IMG/VR virus record: IMGVR_UViG_3300030103_001846
Coordinates: 1 to 60,658 of that record
Length of the DNA stretch: 60,658 nucleotides
From: a virus
Lineage: Duplodnaviria > Caudoviricetes
Strand: one strand, 5' to 3'
Positions 20,011 to 30,276 of this stretch are shown one piece after another. The notes beneath the pieces were generated by a model. It did no database searches. It saw only the letters and a program-made list of their open reading frames with translations, and was not told the origin of the DNA. Both the position numbers and the translations under genes were made by a program. Each line of letters starts with the position of its first letter. The first letter of the stretch is position 1.

Positions 20011-22248
20011 TTATCTCCATATATTAGGCTGATCATCAATCATGTTTTGTAAATTATTTATATTTGTACTCGCATAATTATAAAAAGCATTTATATTATC
20101 ATCTAAAACTATATTACTATAAATATCTTCAGAACTATACCAAGACTGTTGATCAGGTAAATTTAATTGTGTGTATGTATTAAATTGTGGTACATAACCT
20201 ATCAAGGCTACTAAACTTGATTCATCTCCATATTCTCCTGTAGCTTGTTGTTCTTCTTGCATTTCTTCTTGTTGTTGTTCTATATTTTGTGCGATAATTT
20301 TATCAGCTATTTGATCAGCCTCAGATTGTGTCATGACACCACCAACTGCTGTATCAATTTGACCTTGCACATTTTGTACTTGAACGTCTGCCATAACGAC
20401 CTCTGATCCTCCATCCACAGATGCGATAGGGGTTATACTTACACTAACTCCACCAACACCAGAACTCATAGATAAAACTTGATTATTTTGTGCTGTAGCA
20501 CTAGCGTACTGGTCTGAAATACTAGGTGAACTAGAGGTGCTAATACCCCCAGCAGAACTTGAACTAGTATTACCTGTATTAGTAACTGAATTAATTACTC
20601 CTGATGAGTTTGTTTGGCTAGAGGTAGAACCGTAATTAACACTGTTAGAGGCAGTATTTAAAGCGTTTTTTATAACTTTTAAAGCAATACTTCTATTTTT
20701 ACTTTTACTAGTAGGTTCGTCGTTTTCAATAATTTCTAATTCTTCTAAAACTTCATCATTATTTTCTTCCTCAACCTCCGCTAATCTTTCTTCTTCTAAT
20801 TCTTCAAATACTTCTTCAAGTTCTTCAAAAACTTCTTCTACAGCTTCTTCTTCAAATATTTCTTCTATAAATTCTTCTTCGGGTTCGTCTCTTTCAACAA
20901 TTCTTTCTTCTCTAATTTCCTCTCTTATTTCTCTAGTTTCTTCTTCAAACCAATCATCAAGTTCTTCTATAGTATTAATAGCTAAAAAATTTTCAGGTTC
21001 GCTAAAATCCTCTACAAATAAAGTTTCTTGTAAAACAAATTGTTCTAATAATATATCCTCTTGGTGTAAAGGATCTTCATGTCTATGATGAAAATTATCT
21101 ACAAATGGTAAAGGCTCTGGTTCAAAGAAAATAATAAATTCGTCCTCCTCAGGCTCACCAAAAAAATCCTCAAAGTCATCATGACCAAATTCTTCAAAAG
21201 GAGGAAACATTTCTTCTTCAAAAACATCTATAACTACAAAAGGTTCTTCTTCGTGGTGGTGATGACCATCATCTATAAATATACCTGTAGCAAACTGTTC
21301 TTGTTCATCTACAAAACCGAAGTCAACATTTCTGTCATCAAAGAAAGCTACTGATTCCTCTTGTCTAAATCCGGGACAAAAAGGTGCGTATTGAGGGTCT
21401 TCATCGCACTGTTGATCATCATAAGCAGACCAATAGCTAGGGCAGGATTCACTATAAAGCTGATTTATATTACATTGTTGTGTTAAAAAAGCATCTGCGT
21501 AACCTGCACAGCTACTATTATTTAAAGGGTCTGAACAATCAAGCCCATTACCACTACCTACTCCGTATAAACTACCACCACCCTCAAGTAAAGTATTAAA
21601 AGATGTATTGTTCCAATTAGTATTTACACAGCTGCTTGTATTAGTAGTGCCTGTGTTACATTCATCGTGAAATAAATATTGATAAACTTGAGTAGAGTTA
21701 GCCCCTACTTCGCCAATAATTACGTCATGGTTAATAATATCTAATTCATCGTATCTATATTCAAATGAATTATTTGGATAAAGAATAACTTCGAAACTAT
21801 TATCAGAGTTACGGTTATATTCTCTCATGTCATACCAACCGAATATCATCTTCGTATTATCCCCCCAAGACTTCATACGAGAATTACTATCTCTAATAAG
21901 ATCAGTCCAAAAAGGAAACATAGTATAGGTATATTGAGAACCTATCGGGTCAGGTGTGTAATCACCACAATAATTATTATAATTCACGTTACCTGTTCCT
22001 AAACCAAAATGTAAACAACCATTAGTTGCCATGCGAGCTTTATCAAAAGTTTGACCGTAAAATGTAAAATTAAAAGTTAGATCTATTGAAGTAGATAATT
22101 GATCATCACCCACAGAGTAAGCTAATTCACCTTCAAAGTTATTAGCATTTTTCTGTAACTGAAATAAATCTTGATTAGCTTCGTATATGTATTGACTGGG
22201 AAGATTGCAGGATAGAAGAACTAGCCCCCATATAATTCTTTTTTGCAT
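20011..22248 (-). CDS. Secreted protein with NIDO-like beta domain, Cys-rich repeats and long acidic region
   Basis: Signal peptide; FNFTFYGQTF...ATNGCL...PFWTDL...SFEVILY; CSDPL/CPSY/CPGF; E/D-rich tract. Confidence 0.65.
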   Translation of the reverse strand: MQKRIIWGLVLLSCNLPSQYIYEANQDLFQLQKNANNFEGELAYSVGDDQLSTSIDLTFNFTFYGQTFDKARMATNGCLHFGLGTGNVNYNNYCGDYTPDPIGSQYTYTMFPFWTDLIRDSNSRMKSWGDNTKMIFGWYDMREYNRNSDNSFEVILYPNNSFEYRYDELDIINHDVIIGEVGANSTQVYQYLFHDECNTGTTNTSSCVNTNWNNTSFNTLLEGGGSLYGVGSGNGLDCSDPLNNSSCAGYADAFLTQQCNINQLYSESCPSYWSAYDDQQCDEDPQYAPFCPGFRQEESVAFFDDRNVDFGFVDEQEQFATGIFIDDGHHHHEEEPFVVIDVFEEEMFPPFEEFGHDDFEDFFGEPEEDEFIIFFEPEPLPFVDNFHHRHEDPLHQEDILLEQFVLQETLFVEDFSEPENFLAINTIEELDDWFEEETREIREEIREERIVERDEPEEEFIEEIFEEEAVEEVFEELEEVFEELEEERLAEVEEENNDEVLEELEIIENDEPTSKSKNRSIALKVIKNALNTASNSVNYGSTSSQTNSSGVINSVTNTGNTSSSSAGGISTSSSPSISDQYASATAQNNQVLSMSSGVGGVSVSITPIASVDGGSEVVMADVQVQNVQGQIDTAVGGVMTQSEADQIADKIIAQNIEQQQEEMQEEQQATGEYGDESSLVALIGYVPQFNTYTQLNLPDQQSWYSSEDIYSNIVLDDNINAFYNYASTNINNLQNMIDDQPNIWR

Positions 22249-23345
22249 TGTTTTTTAGATTTTGTTTTTCTTGTATAAATAACTTTAACTGCTCCAACAA
22301 CATCTTTATTTATCTTATCTCTTTTAGGGTTATTTTCCTTTGTGCACTCTGCAACAAACTCTGCTTCAATATCTTTTTTATCTGGTCTTTTGTTAGGGTT
22401 TTTAGCCCATAAACTTCTAGCTTCTTCACCTATCTTACCGTTATAGGGGCAAGGTGTTCCAGCACTCCACATAGCTTTAAACACTCTTTCGTCTTGACAC
22501 AATAAACTAACTGAGGCTACTTTCATTCCCATATCATAAAGATATTTACTTAGTTTTAATCTTTCACAATTCATGTCCCTTACAGACTTACCACCAGATA
22601 GACCAAATACTTGCCCTTGAAAAGCACCGCTTAAGCCAGTTGTACATAAATCTTGACTATAACTCATTATAGAAGGAGCTATAGCTGATGCAGGTGGTGC
22701 TTCTGATTTTACATTTTGATTGATTGTCTGAACTGATTTTGATTCATTAATGTTTCGGTTCGTATTGTCAGACTTAGTATTATTATTATTTTGATTTACA
22801 TTATTAGTCTGTACGTTTGATTGCGAAGTAGATTCATTAATATTTCTGTTCGTATTGTCAGAAGTGCTAGTTGATGTATTTACATTCGTATTATTTACAG
22901 TTTGATTTACTGTTGAATTTACATTACTGGTTGAAGTAGATGTATTGATGTTTGTGTTTGTATTATTCGAGGTGGCAGTGCTTGTCGAGGTGTTTACATT
23001 TGTGTTTACATTTGTGTTTTGATTTGTATTTACATTTGTATTTGACGAAGTATTTGTATTCGTAGAAACATTTGTGTTCGTTGAAACATTAGTATTGTTC
23101 GTGGTGGTGTTGTTTGTGTTTGTGTTAGTGTTAGTGTTGCTGTTTGTATTATTTGTGGTCGTCTGATTTGTAGTGTAAACATTGCTGTTTTCACAATATT
23201 GTGTACCGTTTACACAAGCTGTACCAGATTGTTGAGAAGATTGAGCATTTACTTGTATAGATATTCCTGCTACTAATGTAATACAAAACATTATTGCCGC
23301 CCAAGCAAGCATATTGTCATGCTTTCTTTGGTCGTCGTTTTTCAC
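22221..23345 (-). CDS. Secreted/membrane protein with Asn/Thr-rich linker and Cys-containing C-terminal domain
   Basis: N-terminal TM, N/T low complexity, PPASAIAPS...CERLKLSK...LLCQDERV...GTPCP. Confidence 0.75.
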   Translation of the reverse strand: MKNDDQRKHDNMLAWAAIMFCITLVAGISIQVNAQSSQQSGTACVNGTQYCENSNVYTTNQTTTNNTNSNTNTNTNTNNTTTNNTNVSTNTNVSTNTNTSSNTNVNTNQNTNVNTNVNTSTSTATSNNTNTNINTSTSTSNVNSTVNQTVNNTNVNTSTSTSDNTNRNINESTSQSNVQTNNVNQNNNNTKSDNTNRNINESKSVQTINQNVKSEAPPASAIAPSIMSYSQDLCTTGLSGAFQGQVFGLSGGKSVRDMNCERLKLSKYLYDMGMKVASVSLLCQDERVFKAMWSAGTPCPYNGKIGEEARSLWAKNPNKRPDKKDIEAEFVAECTKENNPKRDKINKDVVGAVKVIYTRKTKSKKQCKKELYGG

Positions 23346-23728
23346 TTATCTTCGCCTTTAAAACTTTTGCTTGCTCCACTTGTTCCAGCATATAAACCAA
23401 ACCATGCAGCTCCTGCTCCAACGACTACAGAAATTAATCCTGATTGTTCAAAATTAGGTTCTTCTAAACCCATAAACCACATAACCGTTGTATATAAAAG
23501 AATAATATATACAGTTAAAAAAGCCCTTGGAAATATTCTCCAAGAGTCAACAGCTTGAGCTAAGTGAATCCATTTTTGATGAGGGTTTCTTGTTGTTTCA
23601 TCTTCAAGATCCCTAATCTTATCTTTCAGTTGTGATATTTCTTCAATCATAGCCATAAACTTATTGAGATCCATCTCAACCTCATTACGGTCCATATCTC
23701 CAGAAAATCTACTTCTATGCTCGTCCAT
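23342..23728 (-). CDS. Membrane protein (2 TM; holin candidate)
   Basis: DSWRIFPR followed by two hydrophobic segments. Confidence 0.65.
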   Translation of the reverse strand: MDEHRSRFSGDMDRNEVEMDLNKFMAMIEEISQLKDKIRDLEDETTRNPHQKWIHLAQAVDSWRIFPRAFLTVYIILLYTTVMWFMGLEEPNFEQSGLISVVVGAGAAWFGLYAGTSGASKSFKGEDK

Positions 23729-23910
23729 TATAAAAACTTAGCTAAAACTACACTTATAACAATAAAAGGATAAACACCCCATATCATGTTTTCTAATTTA
23801 TCAAAACGTTTAGCTCCAGACTCTAACCTTTGTTCTATGTTTTGATAACGTAAACTACACTCTTTTTCATGTGTAGCTATTTTATTTAATGCCTGCTTTA
23901 CTTCAGACAT
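23728..23910 (-). CDS. Small coiled-coil protein with C-terminal TM (XhlA-like)
   Basis: HEKECSLRY...RFDKLENMIWG plus TM. Confidence 0.65.
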   Translation of the reverse strand: MSEVKQALNKIATHEKECSLRYQNIEQRLESGAKRFDKLENMIWGVYPFIVISVVLAKFL

Positions 23911-24077
23911 TATTTATCTTTTGCTTTACCTACATTAATTGCACACCAGTCAATAAGCCAATACACCTTTGCAAGCATTTGGTCGTCTTTTGGTGTGGGT
24001 GTTAAAGCACAAATAAGTGATGCACCTGATATTACCCAAGGTGCTAATTGTATTAATTTTAAAGTTAAATCTAACAT
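23910..24077 (-). CDS. Small membrane protein (holin-like, TPTPKDD motif), 55 aa
   Basis: Hand-translated MLDLTLKLIQLAPWVISGASLICALTPTPKDDQMLAK...; AGGAG RBS. Confidence 0.75.
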   Translation of the reverse strand: MLDLTLKLIQLAPWVISGASLICALTPTPKDDQMLAKVYWLIDWCAINVGKAKDK

Positions 24078-24086
24078 ATTTTACTC

Positions 24087-24626
24087 CTATGAAGTTGGTT
24101 CTGTTGGAAACTCACCAAGTGGTCTTACTGGTGGTGTAGCATCATTATATTTATAAAGATCAGCTAAAGCATCTACAGTTGAGACTGCATTTATTTTTGT
24201 TTTCATGTCAGTTGCCGCTGTTCTTACTGCTACTCTATAGTCTAGCCAATCTGAAGGTATAGCTTTAGAACTTTCTGCATTTCTAACAACCATCCAATCA
24301 TTAGGTTGTAATAAACCATAAGCTTCATTATCTATTGTTTGACAATGATCTGTTTTCAAAGTGTCTAAATCTCTTGCTGTTGCAGTACCATAAGATGCTG
24401 TTACTTTATTACTACCAAATGCAAACTCTTGATTTGTATTGATGTAATATTTAGGGTCTTTATAATTTGTATTATCTATTATAACTTCATAAATACCTAT
24501 GGCTTTTAGCTCTGCTTCTGACCAAAGACTATGAATATTGCTAGGGTATTTAATATCCCCTATGGTTAATTGTGTAGGTTTATTATAAACCTTACTTATT
24601 TTACTATCTTCTACTAATGCCCACAT
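24087..24626 (-). CDS. Tail fiber assembly-like protein
   Basis: WSEAELKAIGIY, LLQPNDWMVVR and YRVAVR motifs; follows fiber genes. Confidence 0.7.
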   Translation of the reverse strand: MWALVEDSKISKVYNKPTQLTIGDIKYPSNIHSLWSEAELKAIGIYEVIIDNTNYKDPKYYINTNQEFAFGSNKVTASYGTATARDLDTLKTDHCQTIDNEAYGLLQPNDWMVVRNAESSKAIPSDWLDYRVAVRTAATDMKTKINAVSTVDALADLYKYNDATPPVRPLGEFPTEPTS

Positions 24627-24654
24627 AATTTTATATTACCTCAAATTAATTATT

Positions 24655-25713
24655 TTACCTAGCTGTAGTTGGTATACCTGTTGATGTTACGAATGGATTT
24701 TCTGCAAATGCAGCATAAAAATATGTTCCGCCACTTGCGTTTTGTGATGCACTTGAAGCTCTTAACTTAAATCCATTAGACAATAAATCTACCGAAGTTG
24801 TTGAAGCATCTTCTGCCGAAGAACTATCGGGATAAAGTTTGTCTTGTTTAGGATTATAACCTGACCTTTTATGGTCATAAATTAACCAATTATTAGACGC
24901 ATCATTTCTCTTTATCATAACAAAAGCAGGTTTGAAACCTGTATAAACGAATGTACCATTTGCATCTCCGTTGCCTGTGTAAAAGCCACATTTTTGAAAA
25001 CCCTGTTTGTTTGCAAATACATAAGCAACATAAGTACCACTACTTGCGTTTAAGGATGCGTCATCTGAAACTCTAATAATGGTTGAGTTTGGTGCAGAAT
25101 CTCCCCAAATATTATTAACTTCACTATTAGCTTGAGTTCCATTTAAAAGCATATAGTTGCTAGTACCACCCCAAGGACCCAAACTAGAGCCTACGTTCCA
25201 ACTAGCAACTGCCTCTCGTCTTTTTACAATCCACCAAGTAGGTTTAACACCTAATCCATGTCCTATTGTTTGGTTATTACTACCATTACCTGTATAAGTA
25301 ATAATACTAAATCCTGCATCTGTGTTAGCTTGGACAGTAGAAGTAATATTTCCATCTGTATTGCTTGAGGTTGTTCCACCATTGGCTTTCCATTGCCATG
25401 CTACATATGTATAGCCACTACCATTTACACCTACACTAGTGCCTAAAGTAACACCATCTGTATCAAAAGATTTTATTCTGCTTGTTGCAGTATATTCAGC
25501 AGCAGTGTTATCACTTTCTAAGTTTTTTGTAACACCTCTATTAGAATCTTGCAGTATGTGATTGGTAGCACTATTTCTTCTTTTAAACCAAACAAAATCA
25601 GGCTGTAGATTACTATTACCATCATTGGTTATTGCTGTATCATCAGTGCTATTACCTGAATATGTCTTAGTCTGAAAATTTGCTGATGGATCGTCTATAT
25701 TTGTATAAGCCAT
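24655..25713 (-). CDS. Tail fiber/spike protein
   Basis: Repeated YSGN/YTGNG, PDFVWFKRR and GFKPAFVMIK modules. Confidence 0.75.
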   Translation of the reverse strand: MAYTNIDDPSANFQTKTYSGNSTDDTAITNDGNSNLQPDFVWFKRRNSATNHILQDSNRGVTKNLESDNTAAEYTATSRIKSFDTDGVTLGTSVGVNGSGYTYVAWQWKANGGTTSSNTDGNITSTVQANTDAGFSIITYTGNGSNNQTIGHGLGVKPTWWIVKRREAVASWNVGSSLGPWGGTSNYMLLNGTQANSEVNNIWGDSAPNSTIIRVSDDASLNASSGTYVAYVFANKQGFQKCGFYTGNGDANGTFVYTGFKPAFVMIKRNDASNNWLIYDHKRSGYNPKQDKLYPDSSSAEDASTTSVDLLSNGFKLRASSASQNASGGTYFYAAFAENPFVTSTGIPTTAR

Positions 25714-27125
25714 TATCCAAACTCCGCTAAATTTTTTGAGCAGATTGAATAGAAGCCTGATGGTGGTGCATATTCAAAATTGCCATATCCATTGCCATCC
25801 GCATTACCACTTGATATAGGCATAGTGGTAAAGCCACCAAAGTTACCTAACCAAATAATATTTGTATAGCCAGTTACACCCATAGTTATAACATCAGTCC
25901 AAAGATCACCAAGAGTTGAAGATGTCGCCCAAGTAACACCATTAGTTCCATTAGCAGGATCGCCTGAATTAACATAAGTGCCATTTACCGCCCAATATGC
26001 TTTCCTATTGTCCATATCTAAAGCAAGAGAAACAATATTGCCACCTACAAATCCAGCACCAGTCGCTGAATTATTATCGTTCATAATTACACCATTACTA
26101 CCTTGCATACCTACAGACCTATTTTGATTGCCACCTGCATAGCCTAAATAATAACCAGTATGGTTTTGTGGTATATAAGCATCTTCAACATCAACAAATC
26201 CTACAATAGTTGTGCTTGAATTAGGATAAAATTCTGCATACCATTTACCACTTGATACTGCTATAGATGAAACTGCTGTTTGCCAATTAGAACCAGTATA
26301 AAACTTTGTAGCACCTTCACTTATATATCCACTTGCTTGTAAAGGCTGAAGTGCATTGAAAGTTGCAAAATTATTGGTCGGAGAATCAGTCGCTTGATCT
26401 GCGGCTGTGAGGTTTGTTTCTGCAAAGTCATTGCCATTACCACTTTCATCATCACCTAAGTCTGAAGCATCTGCAAAATCTAAATAGAAGCCATTAGTTC
26501 CATAAGAGCCTGAATATGCTTTAGGAATCCAAATACCAGTATCACTATCAAACTCGCCAAAACTATCAGAGGTTAATGCAGAGCCATCAACTGAATGAAC
26601 TTCTGCCATGTAGCCACAAGACTGAAAAGTGGTTGAACCATTTTGCCCACCTATTGATTGTGCAACAGTATTATTCCAATGTGTGCTATCACCACTGTCC
26701 ATATTTTCATAAGTATTTAATTGATAATCTGTCTCTCTTACACCATTGACATAAAACCTACCTCTATCTGCGGCAGTTCCATTGGTTGCATCACATACAA
26801 CTACAAAATGATAAAAGGCGGCAGTATCTCTAAATACTCTATTGGTGGCTAAAAAGAAGTTTGTACCAGCACCACGATAGTTTATATACATTTTATCGTC
26901 ATTCCCTAAATACATATAAGTATCTGAGGAACCAAATAACATTTGATTTATGCCAAGTTCTGTAAACTTAAACCACATACTTACAGTCCAAGTTTGTCTA
27001 TTACCAGCAGAGCTAGGTGTTCTTAAAAGTTCTTCTTGATTGTCTGCTTCAAACTTACATGAAAAATCAATATCATACCCAGTAGAGACACTTCCTCGAT
27101 TAGCAGTTCTCTGTAGGGTTTCCAT
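25713..27125 (-). CDS. Tail protein with LamG/ConA-like and SPRY-like domains
   Basis: TWTVSMWFK, YGTNGFYLDF, SSGKWYAEF and PPSGFYSIC motifs. Confidence 0.75.
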   Translation of the reverse strand: METLQRTANRGSVSTGYDIDFSCKFEADNQEELLRTPSSAGNRQTWTVSMWFKFTELGINQMLFGSSDTYMYLGNDDKMYINYRGAGTNFFLATNRVFRDTAAFYHFVVVCDATNGTAADRGRFYVNGVRETDYQLNTYENMDSGDSTHWNNTVAQSIGGQNGSTTFQSCGYMAEVHSVDGSALTSDSFGEFDSDTGIWIPKAYSGSYGTNGFYLDFADASDLGDDESGNGNDFAETNLTAADQATDSPTNNFATFNALQPLQASGYISEGATKFYTGSNWQTAVSSIAVSSGKWYAEFYPNSSTTIVGFVDVEDAYIPQNHTGYYLGYAGGNQNRSVGMQGSNGVIMNDNNSATGAGFVGGNIVSLALDMDNRKAYWAVNGTYVNSGDPANGTNGVTWATSSTLGDLWTDVITMGVTGYTNIIWLGNFGGFTTMPISSGNADGNGYGNFEYAPPSGFYSICSKNLAEFG

Positions 27126-27126
27126 G

Positions 27127-28107
27127 TTAGCTTTGTGTTAGGTTTTGACTAATACCAATGTTTTGCCATTTTGAACCATTGTATCTAAAAGCGTATATAT
27201 CAGTCTTAGCATCTGTAGCGGTCTGTGTTGGAGTCACATCCCCAACAAATTCAAATATTGCATTCCAAGCTAAAGTATATGGACCGCTCGTAGCATGTTG
27301 TGCTACCTCAATACTAATAATAGCTCCCTCTACTGCATTACTTGGTGCAGATATTGTAGAGTTTTCTTCTAATAATAAGAAAGCATTAGCAGCGGCTTTT
27401 GCATCCCATGAAACTGTACCATCTGTTAAAGCTACTTGAGTTATATTAGCTGAAGTAGATGCTGTCACTATTTGTGGCATAGTCACATTTTGGTTTTCAT
27501 CTACTGAGATAGCTGGTGTTGTACCAACTGTTGAGCCAAGACCTATTACAAGATCATCAGCACTATCATCAAGACCTATATAAAAATCTTGTGCATTACC
27601 ATCAAAAACTATTTTAGTGTCTTCGGCTGTTGCATCACCAATAGTTAACGTAGTTCCGTTGATTGATAAGCTGTCTGTGACAGCTAGATCTGTAAGTGCA
27701 TCTAAAACTGCTGCCCCAGATCCTGCTCCATCTAATTGAACTACCGCTACTTTTCCAGGAGCGATAGTTACATTAGCACCAGAGCCTTGCGATATAATTA
27801 TGTTTTGAGATCCACTTGTTGCGTTTTCAATAATTTGAACTCGCTTCATAGTATTAGGTGCAATAGTAATCGTACAAGCTGAATCTAAAGTACCTGTGTA
27901 TTTTAAATAAAAAGCTCTACCTGCATCAGAGCTACCGTCTGCTACGGTTGTGGTATGTGTATCTGCGTTAGTAGTAATGGCTTCTGTACCAACACCTAAA
28001 GCTTCTCCTATCAGCTCTAAATTAGTGTTTGTAGAAGTACCCCAAGTTCCGCTTTCGTCACCTGTTGCTATTTCTTTTAGTCTTAGATTATTTACGTAAG
28101 TTGCCAT
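27127..28107 (-). CDS. Tail fiber proximal protein
   Basis: ATGDESGTWGTSTNTNL N-terminal anchor motif. Confidence 0.7.
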   Translation of the reverse strand: MATYVNNLRLKEIATGDESGTWGTSTNTNLELIGEALGVGTEAITTNADTHTTTVADGSSDAGRAFYLKYTGTLDSACTITIAPNTMKRVQIIENATSGSQNIIISQGSGANVTIAPGKVAVVQLDGAGSGAAVLDALTDLAVTDSLSINGTTLTIGDATAEDTKIVFDGNAQDFYIGLDDSADDLVIGLGSTVGTTPAISVDENQNVTMPQIVTASTSANITQVALTDGTVSWDAKAAANAFLLLEENSTISAPSNAVEGAIISIEVAQHATSGPYTLAWNAIFEFVGDVTPTQTATDAKTDIYAFRYNGSKWQNIGISQNLTQS

Positions 28108-28157
28108 AATTTAAACCTCTTTTATATGTTAAATCATATTTAATCAATTATATAGCA

Positions 28158-28796
28158 TTAAGCTGCTATTTCTTTCCAATTAGGAGTTTGTGAATCATCT
28201 ACTTCTTGCCATTTAAAAGCGTTTCCAACCTCTGCTGTAGCTGATACACCTGTAATTGTAACATTAGCTTTACAATTAAAGGTTGGGTCTCCAACCAATC
28301 CAACAGTATTACCAAATACATTGATAACAAACCTATTATCAGTTTTGGTGCTTGCAGTACCAAGTGCTGATGTAGCACCCTGTCCTGTAGGAGTTTGATT
28401 AGCTTTAGCTATAATAGTTGGAGCACCAAGACCACTTGTAGCTGCAAAACCTGAAAGACTTGCATTAGCCTCTGCATCAGTGGTTGCAGTACCTAGTGCT
28501 GAGGTGCCAGCTAATCCTGAGATGGTTAAAACATTGGTTGATGGTGTAATAACAGTTCCTAAAGCAGAAACTCCTGCTAAACCATTGACTCCCACTACTC
28601 CCGGTGCATCTACCGCTACACCACCATTGACTGCTGTTACGCTTAATCCTGTAAGAGTGAAGTTTGCTTCTGCATCAATAGTAACAGTTCCTAATGCCGA
28701 TGTTGCTGCATTAGGTGCTGTTAAAGTAAAAGGTAAAGCTTCGCCCCAAGCACCCTCGCCCCATGTGCCTCGACCCCAACCGTTTATAATAGCCAT
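28158..28796 (-). CDS. Structural protein (G/A/T-rich repeats)
   Basis: GWGRGTWGEGAWG start; repeated TSALGT. Confidence 0.7.
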   Translation of the reverse strand: MAIINGWGRGTWGEGAWGEALPFTLTAPNAATSALGTVTIDAEANFTLTGLSVTAVNGGVAVDAPGVVGVNGLAGVSALGTVITPSTNVLTISGLAGTSALGTATTDAEANASLSGFAATSGLGAPTIIAKANQTPTGQGATSALGTASTKTDNRFVINVFGNTVGLVGDPTFNCKANVTITGVSATAEVGNAFKWQEVDDSQTPNWKEIAA

Positions 28797-28808
28797 ATTA
28801 GGCTAAAA

Positions 28809-29237
28809 CTAAGCTATTCTTATAATAGCAGTTGATGCAGCTGCAGCTGGAAAAACTATAGTAAAGTCTCCTGCTGTTGATGTTTTATCCCCACCAAAAT
28901 CTATGGTAGCGACTGATTTATCACTATTAGTGTCGTTATAAATCATACAACCTCTAGCTGTAACAGTAGCTGTGCCAAAAGTTAAATCACTAAAATCACA
29001 AAAACCAGTAGTACCAGAACTAGTTGGAGCTATATTTGTTAATGCTGCTCCGCCAGAAGTATAATTAGTTCCACTTGATTGTCCTGTGGTAGTGAATGCT
29101 GTTGTGGTTGCACCAAGTGTAGCACTTGATGTGTATAAAGCTAATTTAAAAGAATTTCCACCAGAAGCACTAAAGTTATGCACAGCCTCTAGTAATTCTT
29201 TTTTAAAACTAGTTGTTAATGTTGATGAAATTGCCAT
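28809..29237 (-). CDS. Conserved structural (tail) protein
   Basis: TSFKKELL...FKLALYTSSATL...DFGGDKTST. Confidence 0.75.
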   Translation of the reverse strand: MAISSTLTTSFKKELLEAVHNFSASGGNSFKLALYTSSATLGATTTAFTTTGQSSGTNYTSGGAALTNIAPTSSGTTGFCDFSDLTFGTATVTARGCMIYNDTNSDKSVATIDFGGDKTSTAGDFTIVFPAAAASTAIIRIA

Positions 29238-29238
29238 A

Positions 29239-29529
29239 TTAAAGCTCCTTTAAAATTTTAGCTAAATTTTCATGTCCTTGTGCATTTAGTATATTCGAAA
29301 TCGTACAACGATCACTGCTAATAGCACTTTTAATATAATACAGGATTGTATTATAAATCGCTAGTTTGTATGCTTCGGCTTGTTGTCTAATATGTGGAGC
29401 TGCATTTTCTGATATACCACAGATTCTGTTAGTTGCCTGTTCTGCCCACCATTCAGGGTCGTGTCCTTTATTAGTTTCTGTTTGAACCTCTATTGATCCT
29501 AAAAACGAATCTACTTTATCGTCTAACAT
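29239..29529 (-). CDS. Hypothetical protein
   Basis: 96-aa ORF translationally coupled to neighbours. Confidence 0.75.
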   Translation of the reverse strand: MLDDKVDSFLGSIEVQTETNKGHDPEWWAEQATNRICGISENAAPHIRQQAEAYKLAIYNTILYYIKSAISSDRCTISNILNAQGHENLAKILKEL

Positions 29530-30263
29530 TAATACCTCTTTGCCTCGGGCGGTGCATCAATTACAGTTCTTATTTCTGTAATATTTTTTAATTGTTCTTC
29601 ATGTAATAGTTTTTTATATTTAGATAATTTCATTTGATGATAAGTTTTAGCATCATCTAGAACCATTATATCAGGGTCTTCAAGTCTATGGTATCCATAA
29701 ACTCTTGATTCTATAGGCACATCTGTATCTAATAATCCTGATCTAGCACCTACTTTAACTGTTATACCTCTTTCTATGCATTTAGATAGCCAAAACTCAC
29801 AACAAGCTTTACCGGACTCTGCAAAGTGCAAATTACCTTTATAACTAAAATCTATACCAAATAAATTTATAGTGTCTACTTCATTATACAAAGCAAAAGC
29901 AAAAGCATAAGGCACAGTATTATTTAAATAGGCACAGTCTGCATACCTTACAATCTCTTCTAAGGGATAAACAACAGCACTAGGACATCTTTCGTCAAGC
30001 TCACAAGTATATATAGGGCAGTCTGCTACTGGAAGCCATCTTCGCATAATATCTGTTTGTGTTCCTGCATCGTCTGTGTCCATAAATCTACTAACTGGAT
30101 CTAACATAAATACTCTATCGCATTTAGTAATAGCCCCCATACAGTTTATCCCCCAAACTTCGTCGTAAACTTTAGAATGAATTAAACTTAAATGAAAGTC
30201 AAGTTGACTTTCACCCATAGCAACAATAGCAATATTCTTGCCTTTTAGATTATCGTCTGTCAT
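29529..30263 (-). CDS. Rossmann-like enzyme (possibly glycosyltransferase/MptE-like fold)
   Basis: IAIVAMG, EVWGIN, NTVPYA and INLFGIDF pattern. Confidence 0.5.
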   Translation of the reverse strand: MTDDNLKGKNIAIVAMGESQLDFHLSLIHSKVYDEVWGINCMGAITKCDRVFMLDPVSRFMDTDDAGTQTDIMRRWLPVADCPIYTCELDERCPSAVVYPLEEIVRYADCAYLNNTVPYAFAFALYNEVDTINLFGIDFSYKGNLHFAESGKACCEFWLSKCIERGITVKVGARSGLLDTDVPIESRVYGYHRLEDPDIMVLDDAKTYHQMKLSKYKKLLHEEQLKNITEIRTVIDAPPEAKRY

Positions 30264-30276
30264 TTTTTCTCCTTTT

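Noticed and set aside
22720-23190. TTTGTG/TTTGTA repeats as a DNA element
   Set aside because: Explained by the Asn/Thr low-complexity protein linker
24087-28107. Diversity-generating retroelement or invertible tail-fiber switch
   Set aside because: No reverse transcriptase, recombinase or template/variable repeat pair seen
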